From a virus, in IMG/VR virus record IMGVR_UViG_3300030333_004588, positions 1 through 64,000 of that record: a stretch of DNA of 64,000 nt. One strand, written 5' to 3'. Made by a program: the position numbers and the translations under genes. Shown piece by piece: positions 47,188 to 56,925 of this stretch (positions within the stretch are counted from its first letter, which is position 1; every line of letters begins with the position of its first letter). The notes under the pieces are model-generated. The model was not told the origin of the DNA. It made no database searches and saw nothing but the letters and a program-made list of their open reading frames with translations.

Positions 47188-47260
47188 CAAAAAAAATGGT
47201 CATCTTGTTTTTAAGTTTGTAAATAAGGTGGAAACTAAAAATCGTGTGACCATTTTTTTT
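47188..47260 (-). terminator. Long imperfect hairpin with T tracts downstream of the ncRNA
   Basis: AAAAAAAATGGTCA...TGACCATTTTTTTT with an inner TTTTTA(A)GTTT/AAACTAAAAA pairing. Confidence 0.6.
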
Positions 47261-47278
47261 AAATCTATGAAATTTTTT

Positions 47279-47665
47279 GGGAATGTGGGATTAACGATTA
47301 CCCACAACTTAAAGCTTGGATTTTTTCTACCTTGAACCTAACACCCATCAGTTACGATGATTCTCCTCAGGATGGTTAATCCCATTGAAGTGGTTACAAC
47401 ACCTGTGTCATTACTTTATCTCTCCAAGTTTAGATTGATTCAGTCATAAAGTGGGATTTCAGTATTACCCTTACCCACAACAAGGTCAATAGAATCGTTT
47501 CTATTGTTTTTTCTTCAAGTACATTAGATGATTGATGTCTCAACTACTCCACCATTCGGCCTTGTAGGTTCACCACGAACTCATCTTGGATTACCTTATG
47601 GGCTTCTAAAGGATACCCATTATTCGGTCAATTCCATACAGAGTTAATTACTCTCTGTACTTTCC
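47279..47665 (-). ncRNA. Large structured non-coding RNA (family not identified)
   Basis: No ORF in the track, GC-richer than its flanks, 10 or more local and long-range helices; G-U pairs favour the minus strand. Confidence 0.7.
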
Positions 47666-47779
47666 AAAATTTCAAATTGTCAAAAAACTAATTTACTTAA
47701 GACCAATTAAGTAAGTTATATTTATATATATATACGAAAAATCTCAAACCGTATTTTTTTTTATTTTTTTTTTAATTTT

Positions 47780-48187
47780 TTATTTTAACCACTCATTTAC
47801 ATCAATAATTGAGTGTATTTTAGTAGGTATTTTTGTTAGACCACTCTCATTTGTTAATAAAAGTGTATTTTGAAACTCATTCCAATCAACTATATATTTT
47901 TTATCTAAAATTCCATTATTCTTTGAACGAATAACTTCATTTAATGCATTGATTGTATAGAGTGTATTAGATTGTTTCTTTCTATGAAGTGATATAGTAT
48001 CTATTGTTGGTTCTTGAAAGTCTTCATTGAATTCAACATTGTATGTGCATAACAATTGATTTGGGTCATTAACATCTGTAAAGACATAAATCTTATCATA
48101 TAAAATTTTATTACATGAAACTATAATATCAATAGTCTCATTGAGTTTCTCTTGTTTAGTGAATGTGCATAGTAATTGAGTCTTCAT
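47780..48187 (-). CDS. Hypothetical phage protein
   Basis: ORF track; QLLCTF...HRKKQSNTLYTINALN. Confidence 0.6.
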   Translation of the reverse strand: MKTQLLCTFTKQEKLNETIDIIVSCNKILYDKIYVFTDVNDPNQLLCTYNVEFNEDFQEPTIDTISLHRKKQSNTLYTINALNEVIRSKNNGILDKKYIVDWNEFQNTLLLTNESGLTKIPTKIHSIIDVNEWLK

Positions 48188-50280
48188 TATCTTTTACCCT
48201 TTTTTTCAAAACATTCTTTCATATCTTTAGACCAATTATATACGGTTTGTAATTTACCTGTCTTACCAGTTTTGGTTCTCATTACCTTTTGACCAATTTC
48301 AATTCTTTTACCACCTGAAGTTATCGCATATACAATTTGTTTACCACCTGTTGTTTTTCCTTTTTGTGTTCCACTAACACCCTTTTGGTCTTCTATATCA
48401 CCAACCTCAAATCTCTTTATAAAATCATTTTTATTTTTAACATCACCACCCATACATTCAATTAGTGTTTCACCATCAACTGAAAGTCCACCATGATTAG
48501 TTTCAAACATACCCGGGTATTTGTGAACTCCTACTTCTGAATTAGAATTAACTGCCTCTAAATGGAATTGTTTCCATACGGTTCCACCCTCTAAAAATGT
48601 TCCCAATCCTACATCTTCACCATCAACATCTATTTTTATTTCATCATTATTTTTAATGAAATCTCTTTGTGCCTGTAATGTTCTATTTCTAATATCTTCT
48701 AATTGAGAAAATATATCAGGTGCACCCTTTTCAATAAATCTTGAATTTAATCTTTCCATCAATGTTACTTGGTCTGCAGTAGGTTCTTCTTCTTTATTTT
48801 CATCGGACATAAACTTTAAAAATGCTTCAAGAGCTTGTTCTTCTGATGGATTGTTTGGGTCAGCACCTTCTGGTAAATATTTTACTAAATTACTATTAAT
48901 CTTACCAGTTTTTTTACTTATAACTGAATTCCATTTAGATTTTGTTGAATTATTATCTGTACTTCCATCAAGATTCTCATCATTCATAATACTCTTTAGT
49001 GCATCTTTTGGTTTTACATTTTTTAAGAACCAATTACCTGGTCCTGTAACAACTTCTTTTAATTCGGTTTCAATTTCATTAAGTGTATCTACTAATTCTC
49101 TATTTTCACCTTTAATTGCCTGTCCTTGTTCTTCTGTTATTTTACCACTCTCAACTAACTTATCAATATTTTTTTCATTTGCTTCTGCTTCTGCCTTTGC
49201 ACTTGATTGTGCAACAAGGGCTTCAGTACTATCTTTATCAGAATGGAATAACATTATCACTTTATTTGAATCTTTATCAAATACTAATGTGGCGGTATCT
49301 GATGGATTATCTCCACCACCACCTGACCTAATTAAGTGTTCGGCTTCTTCTTGTGATATCTCTGTACCATCTGGCCCAATAACTTGTTTACCCTTTATAT
49401 CATTAACCATTGCATCAAATGATGATGAATGTCCATAATAATTTTCTATCTTTGAGTTTTTAAATCCATTCTTTTTTGCAACTTCTTGAGCTTTCTTATG
49501 TTTTCTTTTTCCACTTCTTACTGCCAAAATTAATTTACTATGTAAACCTTTGTTCTTACCCTCAGGTATATCCTTAGCTTTTAAACCACCTGCAATTGTA
49601 TTACTCATATTTCCAATTTTAGATTTAGTGGTTGCTGTAAATAATGGTTTGTCACCAAATCTCTTATATAATATATCAATAAGTTCTTCTTCACTTAAGT
49701 TTGGATTTTCTTCTAACATCTGTGCGACTTCACCCGATACAATTTCATTTAACATAGAACCCGCATTACCTGGTGCGGGTTTAAATATAATATTTCCATC
49801 TTTATCTGTTACTTCTTTAAATCCATATTCAAGTGCTTGATTTTTTACTTCACTATCTCCACCTCTATCTATTGTATTTGACATAGATACTTTTGAATCT
49901 CCACTATCATCTGTGGATTTTTCAGATTGTTTTTCAATATCATCATCAGATACACCTTGGTCACCTAACCAACTTTTTGCTACATTATATGCATTTCGGT
50001 CTGATTTCTTTTTACCTAATAATGTTGAAACTTGATTTAAGTTACCAGTTGTTGGATTCTTTAATTTGTGTTTCAACAACTTATCATCAATTTCTACTAA
50101 GTTATCTTTATTAGATTCAGTAAGATTATGGATAAGTTCTACGCGTGCTTCTATCGGCCAGTTAAACTCTTTCAATACATCCCATAACTTAATAAGATGT
50201 TGTTCATTGTTTAAATTTGGAATCCCATCCTTAACACGATAGGATAGTTCGGTTAATATTTTCTTAAGATTAGTTTTCAT
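48187..50280 (-). CDS. Large hypothetical protein (possibly virion-associated)
   Basis: 697-aa ORF; no recognisable motif. Confidence 0.6.
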   Translation of the reverse strand: MKTNLKKILTELSYRVKDGIPNLNNEQHLIKLWDVLKEFNWPIEARVELIHNLTESNKDNLVEIDDKLLKHKLKNPTTGNLNQVSTLLGKKKSDRNAYNVAKSWLGDQGVSDDDIEKQSEKSTDDSGDSKVSMSNTIDRGGDSEVKNQALEYGFKEVTDKDGNIIFKPAPGNAGSMLNEIVSGEVAQMLEENPNLSEEELIDILYKRFGDKPLFTATTKSKIGNMSNTIAGGLKAKDIPEGKNKGLHSKLILAVRSGKRKHKKAQEVAKKNGFKNSKIENYYGHSSSFDAMVNDIKGKQVIGPDGTEISQEEAEHLIRSGGGGDNPSDTATLVFDKDSNKVIMLFHSDKDSTEALVAQSSAKAEAEANEKNIDKLVESGKITEEQGQAIKGENRELVDTLNEIETELKEVVTGPGNWFLKNVKPKDALKSIMNDENLDGSTDNNSTKSKWNSVISKKTGKINSNLVKYLPEGADPNNPSEEQALEAFLKFMSDENKEEEPTADQVTLMERLNSRFIEKGAPDIFSQLEDIRNRTLQAQRDFIKNNDEIKIDVDGEDVGLGTFLEGGTVWKQFHLEAVNSNSEVGVHKYPGMFETNHGGLSVDGETLIECMGGDVKNKNDFIKRFEVGDIEDQKGVSGTQKGKTTGGKQIVYAITSGGKRIEIGQKVMRTKTGKTGKLQTVYNWSKDMKECFEKKGKR

Positions 50281-50495
50281 TGTGCCGTTGGAACATTTTT
50301 TGGTTCTTTCTCATCACTACCAGAATCAACTATTATCGTTAGACCATCTTTTTCTAAACTCTTATCTTTCTTCAATTGAAACAACTCATCTTTTGTTATA
50401 TGTATTATGGTTGGTTTATTGAAATCAATTTTCTTTACAACAGGATTACTTAAACCTTCGTCTTTTTCGTTGATAAGTTTTGATAGTTTAATCAT
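50277..50495 (-). CDS. Small hypothetical protein
   Basis: Begins MIKLSKLINE; overlapping start/stop codons. Confidence 0.5.
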   Translation of the reverse strand: MIKLSKLINEKDEGLSNPVVKKIDFNKPTIIHITKDELFQLKKDKSLEKDGLTIIVDSGSDEKEPKNVPTAQ

Positions 50496-51763
50496 TTAAA
50501 TCTCTCCGTTATATCTTTCATCTCGTGGTAATTATTACCCATTGAAACTTTTGTTGGATACTTACCATCTTGTTCAAGTATCTCTTTTACATTCTTTAAG
50601 TAATCTAAACCATCTGATATATCAAAGTCAAACAAAAAAGCATCATAATTATAAAGTATTAGTTTACTTTTATCATCTTCAATTTCAAATAAAAGGTCTT
50701 CTAATACACTAACATTATGTTCTGTTTCCATCAACTGAATCATATAATTAAATAATTTATTAGGATTCATATCAGATAGATTATTTCTACTTATTATTCT
50801 ATTATAAATATCAGATTTTATGATTTTATCCCTTTTCCACACATTCCAAAGGTCTTGTATATACTCATCTACCTTACTAAAAAATGGATTATCTTTCATT
50901 TCATTAGTAATTCCACCATATAAATACTTAAATGTTAATTGTTTACCCTCATCATAACTTAATCCATATGTATCTGCCAAGTGTTGATGAACACTACCTT
51001 GTGGAAATTCATAATCTATTTTATCTCCAATCAATCGTGGATGATAGGCATCATAATCAAATTCAACCAACACACCATTCTTAAATCTACTAATAAATTG
51101 TTTTCTACTACCATCTTTTTTATTTAGTGCCGCAAAGTTCATACCACCAAAACGATTACTTGGACGACCTGTTGATGTGTAAGGATTATATTCCGTATAA
51201 ACCATACCATTTGTAGTTTGTAATCCATTCTTTTCTACATTAGATAAAACTTCTAAGATTGTTTGGTCATAATAATTTACATCTTCCATGTAACTCAATA
51301 AGTCTTTTCCTACTCGTTCAAGATATTCTGCATGTTTTACTAATGGTATAACATCATTGATATTTTCTTTATCATAATGTGTTCTATAATACCAATGATG
51401 TGCTGATGTTAAATGTTTATCCATATCATATGGTTCATTTGTCTTCATATAATGACACCAATTCATATCCACTAATCCAAACCATCCATCATATTTAACC
51501 ATTGAATTATGTAGGAATGATTTCATATCATTCACACATATTTTACTATTGTCTACATCAATTTTTTCTATGGTTCCAAATCTCTCATTATGATTTACAG
51601 GCACAATATATCCCTCTGTCATTGTTTGTATATAAAAACAAGACACACGATTTTGTTTAGGATGTTTATTTACATCCGATAACATTTGTAGATATACGAA
51701 GTGTTGTACCCTCATCCTCTTTTGAAGATGAGACCACTTCTCTTTAGAATTTACTATAACCAT
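50492..51763 (-). CDS. Short divergent family A DNA polymerase-like protein
   Basis: TGRPS, motif A FDYDAYHPRL, motif B KQLTFKYLYG, NYMIQ, motif C YNYDAF. Confidence 0.75.
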   Translation of the reverse strand: MVIVNSKEKWSHLQKRMRVQHFVYLQMLSDVNKHPKQNRVSCFYIQTMTEGYIVPVNHNERFGTIEKIDVDNSKICVNDMKSFLHNSMVKYDGWFGLVDMNWCHYMKTNEPYDMDKHLTSAHHWYYRTHYDKENINDVIPLVKHAEYLERVGKDLLSYMEDVNYYDQTILEVLSNVEKNGLQTTNGMVYTEYNPYTSTGRPSNRFGGMNFAALNKKDGSRKQFISRFKNGVLVEFDYDAYHPRLIGDKIDYEFPQGSVHQHLADTYGLSYDEGKQLTFKYLYGGITNEMKDNPFFSKVDEYIQDLWNVWKRDKIIKSDIYNRIISRNNLSDMNPNKLFNYMIQLMETEHNVSVLEDLLFEIEDDKSKLILYNYDAFLFDFDISDGLDYLKNVKEILEQDGKYPTKVSMGNNYHEMKDITERFK

Positions 51764-52654
51764 TTAACCCAACTTATATTTTACATAAGTAACTATTTGT
51801 TCTGCAATGTTTGTTTTACAATATTTATCCATTCCTTCAAATCCTGGTGATGAATTTACTTCACATATTTTATAACCACCATTATCAAATAATAAATCAA
51901 CACCCGCAACATCTAAATTTAATAACCTCGCACACTCACCACCTAACCATTCTATCTCTTCTGTAATTTGATAAGGAATTCCCTCACCACCTCTTGTGAT
52001 GTTAGCTCTGAAATCATCATCGGTGGATTGTCTCATCATACAACCCACTACTTTACCATTCAAAACAAATACTCTTAAATCTTTTCCATAACTATCTTTT
52101 ATATATTCTTGTATAATGATATCATAATTTTCATTTGTTATTTCTGCCATTTTTATCAGTTGTTTTAATTGTTTTCTTGTCTCTGCCATAAAAACACCTG
52201 CACCAAATGACCCACTTAATGTTTTAATAATTGCTGGATAACCTATGTTACTTTCCACAAACTCAACATCAATAGGATGTTTAACCAATAATGTTTTTGG
52301 AACTGGTAGATTTGATTGTCCGAGAATTTGTTGTGTATATAACTTATCTTTAACTGCATCTATTGAATTACTTCCATTAATAAGTATCACTCCCATTCTC
52401 TCTAAATGACGAATAATTGCCTTAATAAAGTAAGTTGTTCCACTACCTGTTCTTGGTAATACAAAATCAGGTAATTTTCTTGGTTTTCCACTAACTCTAA
52501 TACTCTTTCTATCATCTCTATCTACAAAGATATCTACATCTTGTGGATTAACTACACGAATAGAAATATCTTGTTTCTCAAATTCTTCAACTAATCTCTG
52601 AATTTCATAAGACTCTTCAATATCTTTTTTATATAATATCCAACCACTCATCAA
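51764..52654 (-). CDS. rimK: RimK-family ATP-grasp alpha-L-glutamate ligase
   Basis: DK, PVPKT, GSFGAGV, QEYI, DLRV, FRANITRGG, EVNSSPG. Confidence 0.88.
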   Translation of the reverse strand: MMSGWILYKKDIEESYEIQRLVEEFEKQDISIRVVNPQDVDIFVDRDDRKSIRVSGKPRKLPDFVLPRTGSGTTYFIKAIIRHLERMGVILINGSNSIDAVKDKLYTQQILGQSNLPVPKTLLVKHPIDVEFVESNIGYPAIIKTLSGSFGAGVFMAETRKQLKQLIKMAEITNENYDIIIQEYIKDSYGKDLRVFVLNGKVVGCMMRQSTDDDFRANITRGGEGIPYQITEEIEWLGGECARLLNLDVAGVDLLFDNGGYKICEVNSSPGFEGMDKYCKTNIAEQIVTYVKYKLG

Positions 52655-53349
52655 TCTAAATAAATTTCACTCCATAATTTTGTTGTTTCAGGAAATACAT
52701 CTAACATTATTTCTTTCATTGCTTTTGCATATTCTTGTATTTCTACTTGTGATGTTGACTCATCTCTTAATTCAATAAAATTCATAATACTTTGAAATGA
52801 TGCAGTCCACCACACTTTTGTATAAACCGTAAGTGGTAAGATACTACGAGCTTGTTCTTTTGCCATACCATTTCTTAACATCTCTTTATATGCAGAGATA
52901 GAATTTTGTTGAGAGATAGTCCATAATTGTTTCATCTCTTTTTGATTATCCACTAATCCATCACTTGCCTGTTTATTATCATCACTTTGTTTTCTGAATT
53001 CTGATGGCATATAGAACTCATCATATGGAACATATCTTCCACTAATCTCATTCCATGCATGGTCTTTAGTAGGATGATTACTTGTGGTTTCAATACCTAC
53101 GACATGTTTATACCATTGTCTCATCACAAACTCTGGTGCCTTTATAATAAACATACAATGTTGGTGTCTGAATGGTGAGAAGTGTTTGTGTTTAATTAAG
53201 AACTTAGATAACTTTCTATCTTTCTCTTCAAATGTTTCACTCCTACCACCAAATGATACTCTTGCGGCATTAACTGGTGTTAAGTCATCACCAAGTGTAT
53301 CTACTAATTCTATATATCCTTTATCTAATACATTCACTTGAGTTTTCAT
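52651..53349 (-). CDS. thyX: Flavin-dependent thymidylate synthase
   Basis: AARVS, HFSPF, RQWYKH, NEISGRY, EQARSILP. Confidence 0.92.
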   Translation of the reverse strand: MKTQVNVLDKGYIELVDTLGDDLTPVNAARVSFGGRSETFEEKDRKLSKFLIKHKHFSPFRHQHCMFIIKAPEFVMRQWYKHVVGIETTSNHPTKDHAWNEISGRYVPYDEFYMPSEFRKQSDDNKQASDGLVDNQKEMKQLWTISQQNSISAYKEMLRNGMAKEQARSILPLTVYTKVWWTASFQSIMNFIELRDESTSQVEIQEYAKAMKEIMLDVFPETTKLWSEIYLD

Positions 53350-53683
53350 ATAATTTTCTCCTAATTTCAGTTGCAGATATTTTTTTTATATTTTCAGGTG
53401 GTTTATGTTCAATAATATCATAACCAACACCTCTTCCATAATTAACAGATTCAATATCAGGAATTATCATTACCTTAACTTTACCCTCATCTATAAACTC
53501 TTTTAATTCTATTTGTAAATTATCATATACTTCTTCACAAGTATAAGGATTATTCTCATCAGGTAACATATCACGAATACATATCAAAACATTTTTACCT
53601 TTTTTTAATCGTTGGTCAATTAACCATTGATGACCATCATGCCAAGGTTGCCATCTACCTATAAACATTGAGTATTTCATCAA
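53321..53683 (-). CDS. Small HxGH nucleotidyltransferase
   Basis: GRWQPWHDGH, YGRGVGY, ISATEIR. Confidence 0.75.
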   Translation of the reverse strand: MMKYSMFIGRWQPWHDGHQWLIDQRLKKGKNVLICIRDMLPDENNPYTCEEVYDNLQIELKEFIDEGKVKVMIIPDIESVNYGRGVGYDIIEHKPPENIKKISATEIRRKLYENSSECIR

Positions 53684-54071
53684 TACACTCCTCTATTGGT
53701 TTGTCTGTATTTATTTCTGTAAAGTTTTCTAAGGGTGGTTCAAAATTATCAACATGATATTCTTCCCTAAGTGGTCGTGTTGAATTAAGATAAAATATAT
53801 CTCCAAATCTTAAATCACGATAAGGTGAGACTAATGATACCAATACACAATAACCTTTGTTTTCCATAACTTTTGCCATATTAATAGCAAACTGAATATT
53901 TTTTCTACGACCTTTTTCTGAATAATCTTTATTATCTAAGATATCTCTTAAATCATCACCATCAATTTGAAATGTTTTTTCACAATATCCCATTGAAATA
54001 AGAACCTCTGAAAGTTCATTACACAATGTTGTTTTACCACTACCTGGTTGTCCTGTAAACCATAGAATCAT
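53655..54071 (-). CDS. cysC: Adenylyl-sulfate kinase
   Basis: WFTGQPGSGKTT, DGDDLR, LVSPY, FEPP. Confidence 0.82.
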   Translation of the reverse strand: MILWFTGQPGSGKTTLCNELSEVLISMGYCEKTFQIDGDDLRDILDNKDYSEKGRRKNIQFAINMAKVMENKGYCVLVSLVSPYRDLRFGDIFYLNSTRPLREEYHVDNFEPPLENFTEINTDKPIEECIDEILNVYR

Positions 54072-54129
54072 TATAACCTCATTTATTTATTAATAAATAT
54101 ATACAACTAAGTTCAAAATAAAAAATATT

Positions 54130-56925
54130 TTATGATTTGTATACATGACCAGTAGTTGTTTTGAAAGTTTTACCAGTCTTGATAGCTTCTTGAACATTAT
54201 CCTCATATTCTTTAGCAGGATTAGTAATACTACCTGCACCACCACCCCAATAACTTGTATTTTTACGATTTGAATTATTAGATGCCTTAGTTTTCCCTCT
54301 AAGTTTTTCTGCTAAATCATCATAGGCCTCATCAAGGTCAGAAAATCCATCATAATTTTTAATAAGTTTTTGTAAATCATCATCACTTGCTTGACCACCT
54401 CTAATTTCTCTTAATTTTTCACCATTAATTTGCATTACTGCCTCAATTTTTGTAAACCAACCACTTGGTGTAACATCATGTCCAATTTTTGTTATCATGA
54501 AATGTGTACATTGACGATAAACTTCTGGTAAATAATCCACTACAAATAAATTACCTATTCGTAGACCACCTAATCCATCTATTGTTAAACTTAATCTTAT
54601 TGGTATTGGAATTACTGCTTTATAAAATTTACCTGCATTAAAAGTACCTTGTGCCTCATTAATTAAAAAATTATGAATTTTTTCAAAATATTCATCCATT
54701 TCACCACTTTTAGTATAAACCTTACTTAAATCACTTTCTGGCCAAAATAAATATTTACCCTCTTCTTTTAATTCGTCTGCAATTTCATCTACTGATTTAT
54801 TTCCATATTCCTCATTTGCTTTTTGAAGTCTTTTTATTTTTTTACTTGTAGATTTATCAACATCATCCACACTACTAAAATCAAAACCAAAATATGAATT
54901 AGCCGCTAATGGTTTTGGATGTGCAACTTGTTTTCTTGTGATAGTGGAACCAGGTGTAAGGTTTTGTTCTATTGCAAAAGTAAGTTCTTTCATAACCTCA
55001 TCAGGTGTTGACTTCTTATGTGGTGTTGATTGTCCACTACTATTAAATAACATTCCAAGTGCACGAACACCCAAATCATCCATACCTTGTGGTGGACTAC
55101 CACCACTAAGTTCAATGTCTGCCTGTGAACCATAAACTGCTTGAGTTGCCATTTGTGAATTCATTTTTACATCCAGACTAAAATCTTTTACAATAGAGTT
55201 ATCACTATAGATTGGCATTAAAAACATTCGTTGTGGGTCTTTTTTAGTTCCATTATAAGTTAAATAATCATTTATATTTTTAGTAGAATTACTAACTAAA
55301 TCTTTATAATTAGTATAGTAGTCCAAATTAGTAGCAACACCACTTGAACCAAAATATTCTACCATACCTATTCTTCCAGTATCCATATCATCATTAACCA
55401 CATCAAAAGCCCAAAAATTACCATAAAGTGAAGAAACTGCACCCCAAAAACTTTTTAATCCTTGTTCTATACTTGTGATACCTTTAAAATGTTGTTGTAA
55501 AAATTGAACAGGAAATACCATATTTCTAATCACACCCACATTTGACATAGCTGGATTTGGATTTTTATCAAATGGAGTACCTGTTAATTCTTTAATTTCA
55601 AATCGTGGAAATTTTGAATCAATAAGTTGAAATAATTTAACTATTTCTTCTTGACCTGATGCCTTCTTTGGAAATTTATTATTACCTGGTAAAATACATG
55701 TTGTTAATCCATGTGAAACTAAATATGGATGTGAATTACATGTATTATTTTCCTCAGTTAATTTACCATCGTTTTCAATTAATGTAGTGCTTCTAATTGA
55801 AGTTCTGAACTTCTCATCAATCGTTCCATCAACTAATGAATTACCTGGAACTTGTTTACTCATAAAAGAAAAATAAGTATTTAATACAACATCTTCAAAC
55901 CATCCCCAAGTTACATAATCTCTCTGTGGTCTTTCACCCCACCTAAACCAATCAATATTTGGCCAATCAACAATATGTAATGCACCATTTCTGTATTGAT
56001 AACTTCCTTTTCCACCAAAGTAAGGCGTTGGTTTTGAACTACCTACTTTACAATATTCTTTAACAACATCATCTAAATTTTCTATTACAGATTCAAATGC
56101 AGTAAAATTTTTCATAAATCTATTTGTTGTTTCTTCTGATACTTCTTCTTTTGATTCTGCAATTCTACCTATGATATCATCAGGCCCACCTTTTTGTATA
56201 TGTTGACCTAAAACATTTATACCTTGTGATGCAATTGTAAAACTACATTCATATACACCAGAATTATTAATATTAAATGAAAAATCAACTATAACACCTA
56301 ACATTCCATGATAATTACCTTTAGAAGTCTCATTAATTTTAGTTAATCTTGATTGTAGATTAACAAAGGAACTAAAATCTGTCTTCTCATAAGAGACTCC
56401 TGTATCCATTTCTTCTGTTGAATAACCAAATTCTAAAAATATTAAATTACCATGTCTTAAAAATCCCTCTTGTAAAATATCAAATTCTCTTGGATTAGGA
56501 ATTTGAAAACTTACGGTAGCCTTATTCATAAAAAAGTTTTTAGTATCAACACTAATATTAGTAATACCCGATGCACCTCTGAATATTTCACTTCTATCAA
56601 GTGTATAGATATTTCCCTTTTTACTTCTTGATTTTAATGGATTTTGTGTTGAGATATGTTCTTGAACAACTACACCCTCTTTATATGCAGAACTTAATCT
56701 CATTATACCTAATTCTTCTACTACCTTTTGATTATCATCCATAATATATCTTGGTGTATGACATCTTGCCCATACTCCTCTTGACATCATGGTTCCCCAA
56801 GGTGAATCATTACTATTATAATCTTTAGTTTCAAGTATATTATTAACTTTACTTCTTGAAATGCGTTGCATTTTACTCAAAAGATTTTTTTGAACGAAAG
56901 GTGATATGTGGGTTCTGAATTTCAT
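54130..56925 (-). CDS. Baseplate hub / tail-associated protein
   Basis: GITNISV, EFGY, LSLTIDGLGGLRIGN.F.VDYLP...GWFT; position after the LysM/wedge gene. Confidence 0.6.
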   Translation of the reverse strand: MKFRTHISPFVQKNLLSKMQRISRSKVNNILETKDYNSNDSPWGTMMSRGVWARCHTPRYIMDDNQKVVEELGIMRLSSAYKEGVVVQEHISTQNPLKSRSKKGNIYTLDRSEIFRGASGITNISVDTKNFFMNKATVSFQIPNPREFDILQEGFLRHGNLIFLEFGYSTEEMDTGVSYEKTDFSSFVNLQSRLTKINETSKGNYHGMLGVIVDFSFNINNSGVYECSFTIASQGINVLGQHIQKGGPDDIIGRIAESKEEVSEETTNRFMKNFTAFESVIENLDDVVKEYCKVGSSKPTPYFGGKGSYQYRNGALHIVDWPNIDWFRWGERPQRDYVTWGWFEDVVLNTYFSFMSKQVPGNSLVDGTIDEKFRTSIRSTTLIENDGKLTEENNTCNSHPYLVSHGLTTCILPGNNKFPKKASGQEEIVKLFQLIDSKFPRFEIKELTGTPFDKNPNPAMSNVGVIRNMVFPVQFLQQHFKGITSIEQGLKSFWGAVSSLYGNFWAFDVVNDDMDTGRIGMVEYFGSSGVATNLDYYTNYKDLVSNSTKNINDYLTYNGTKKDPQRMFLMPIYSDNSIVKDFSLDVKMNSQMATQAVYGSQADIELSGGSPPQGMDDLGVRALGMLFNSSGQSTPHKKSTPDEVMKELTFAIEQNLTPGSTITRKQVAHPKPLAANSYFGFDFSSVDDVDKSTSKKIKRLQKANEEYGNKSVDEIADELKEEGKYLFWPESDLSKVYTKSGEMDEYFEKIHNFLINEAQGTFNAGKFYKAVIPIPIRLSLTIDGLGGLRIGNLFVVDYLPEVYRQCTHFMITKIGHDVTPSGWFTKIEAVMQINGEKLREIRGGQASDDDLQKLIKNYDGFSDLDEAYDDLAEKLRGKTKASNNSNRKNTSYWGGGAGSITNPAKEYEDNVQEAIKTGKTFKTTTGHVYKS

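Noticed and set aside
47279-47665. tRNA, tmRNA, RNase P RNA or self-splicing intron
   Set aside because: No cloverleaf or T-loop/CCA end, no GAGGAAAGUCC, and it does not interrupt a gene.
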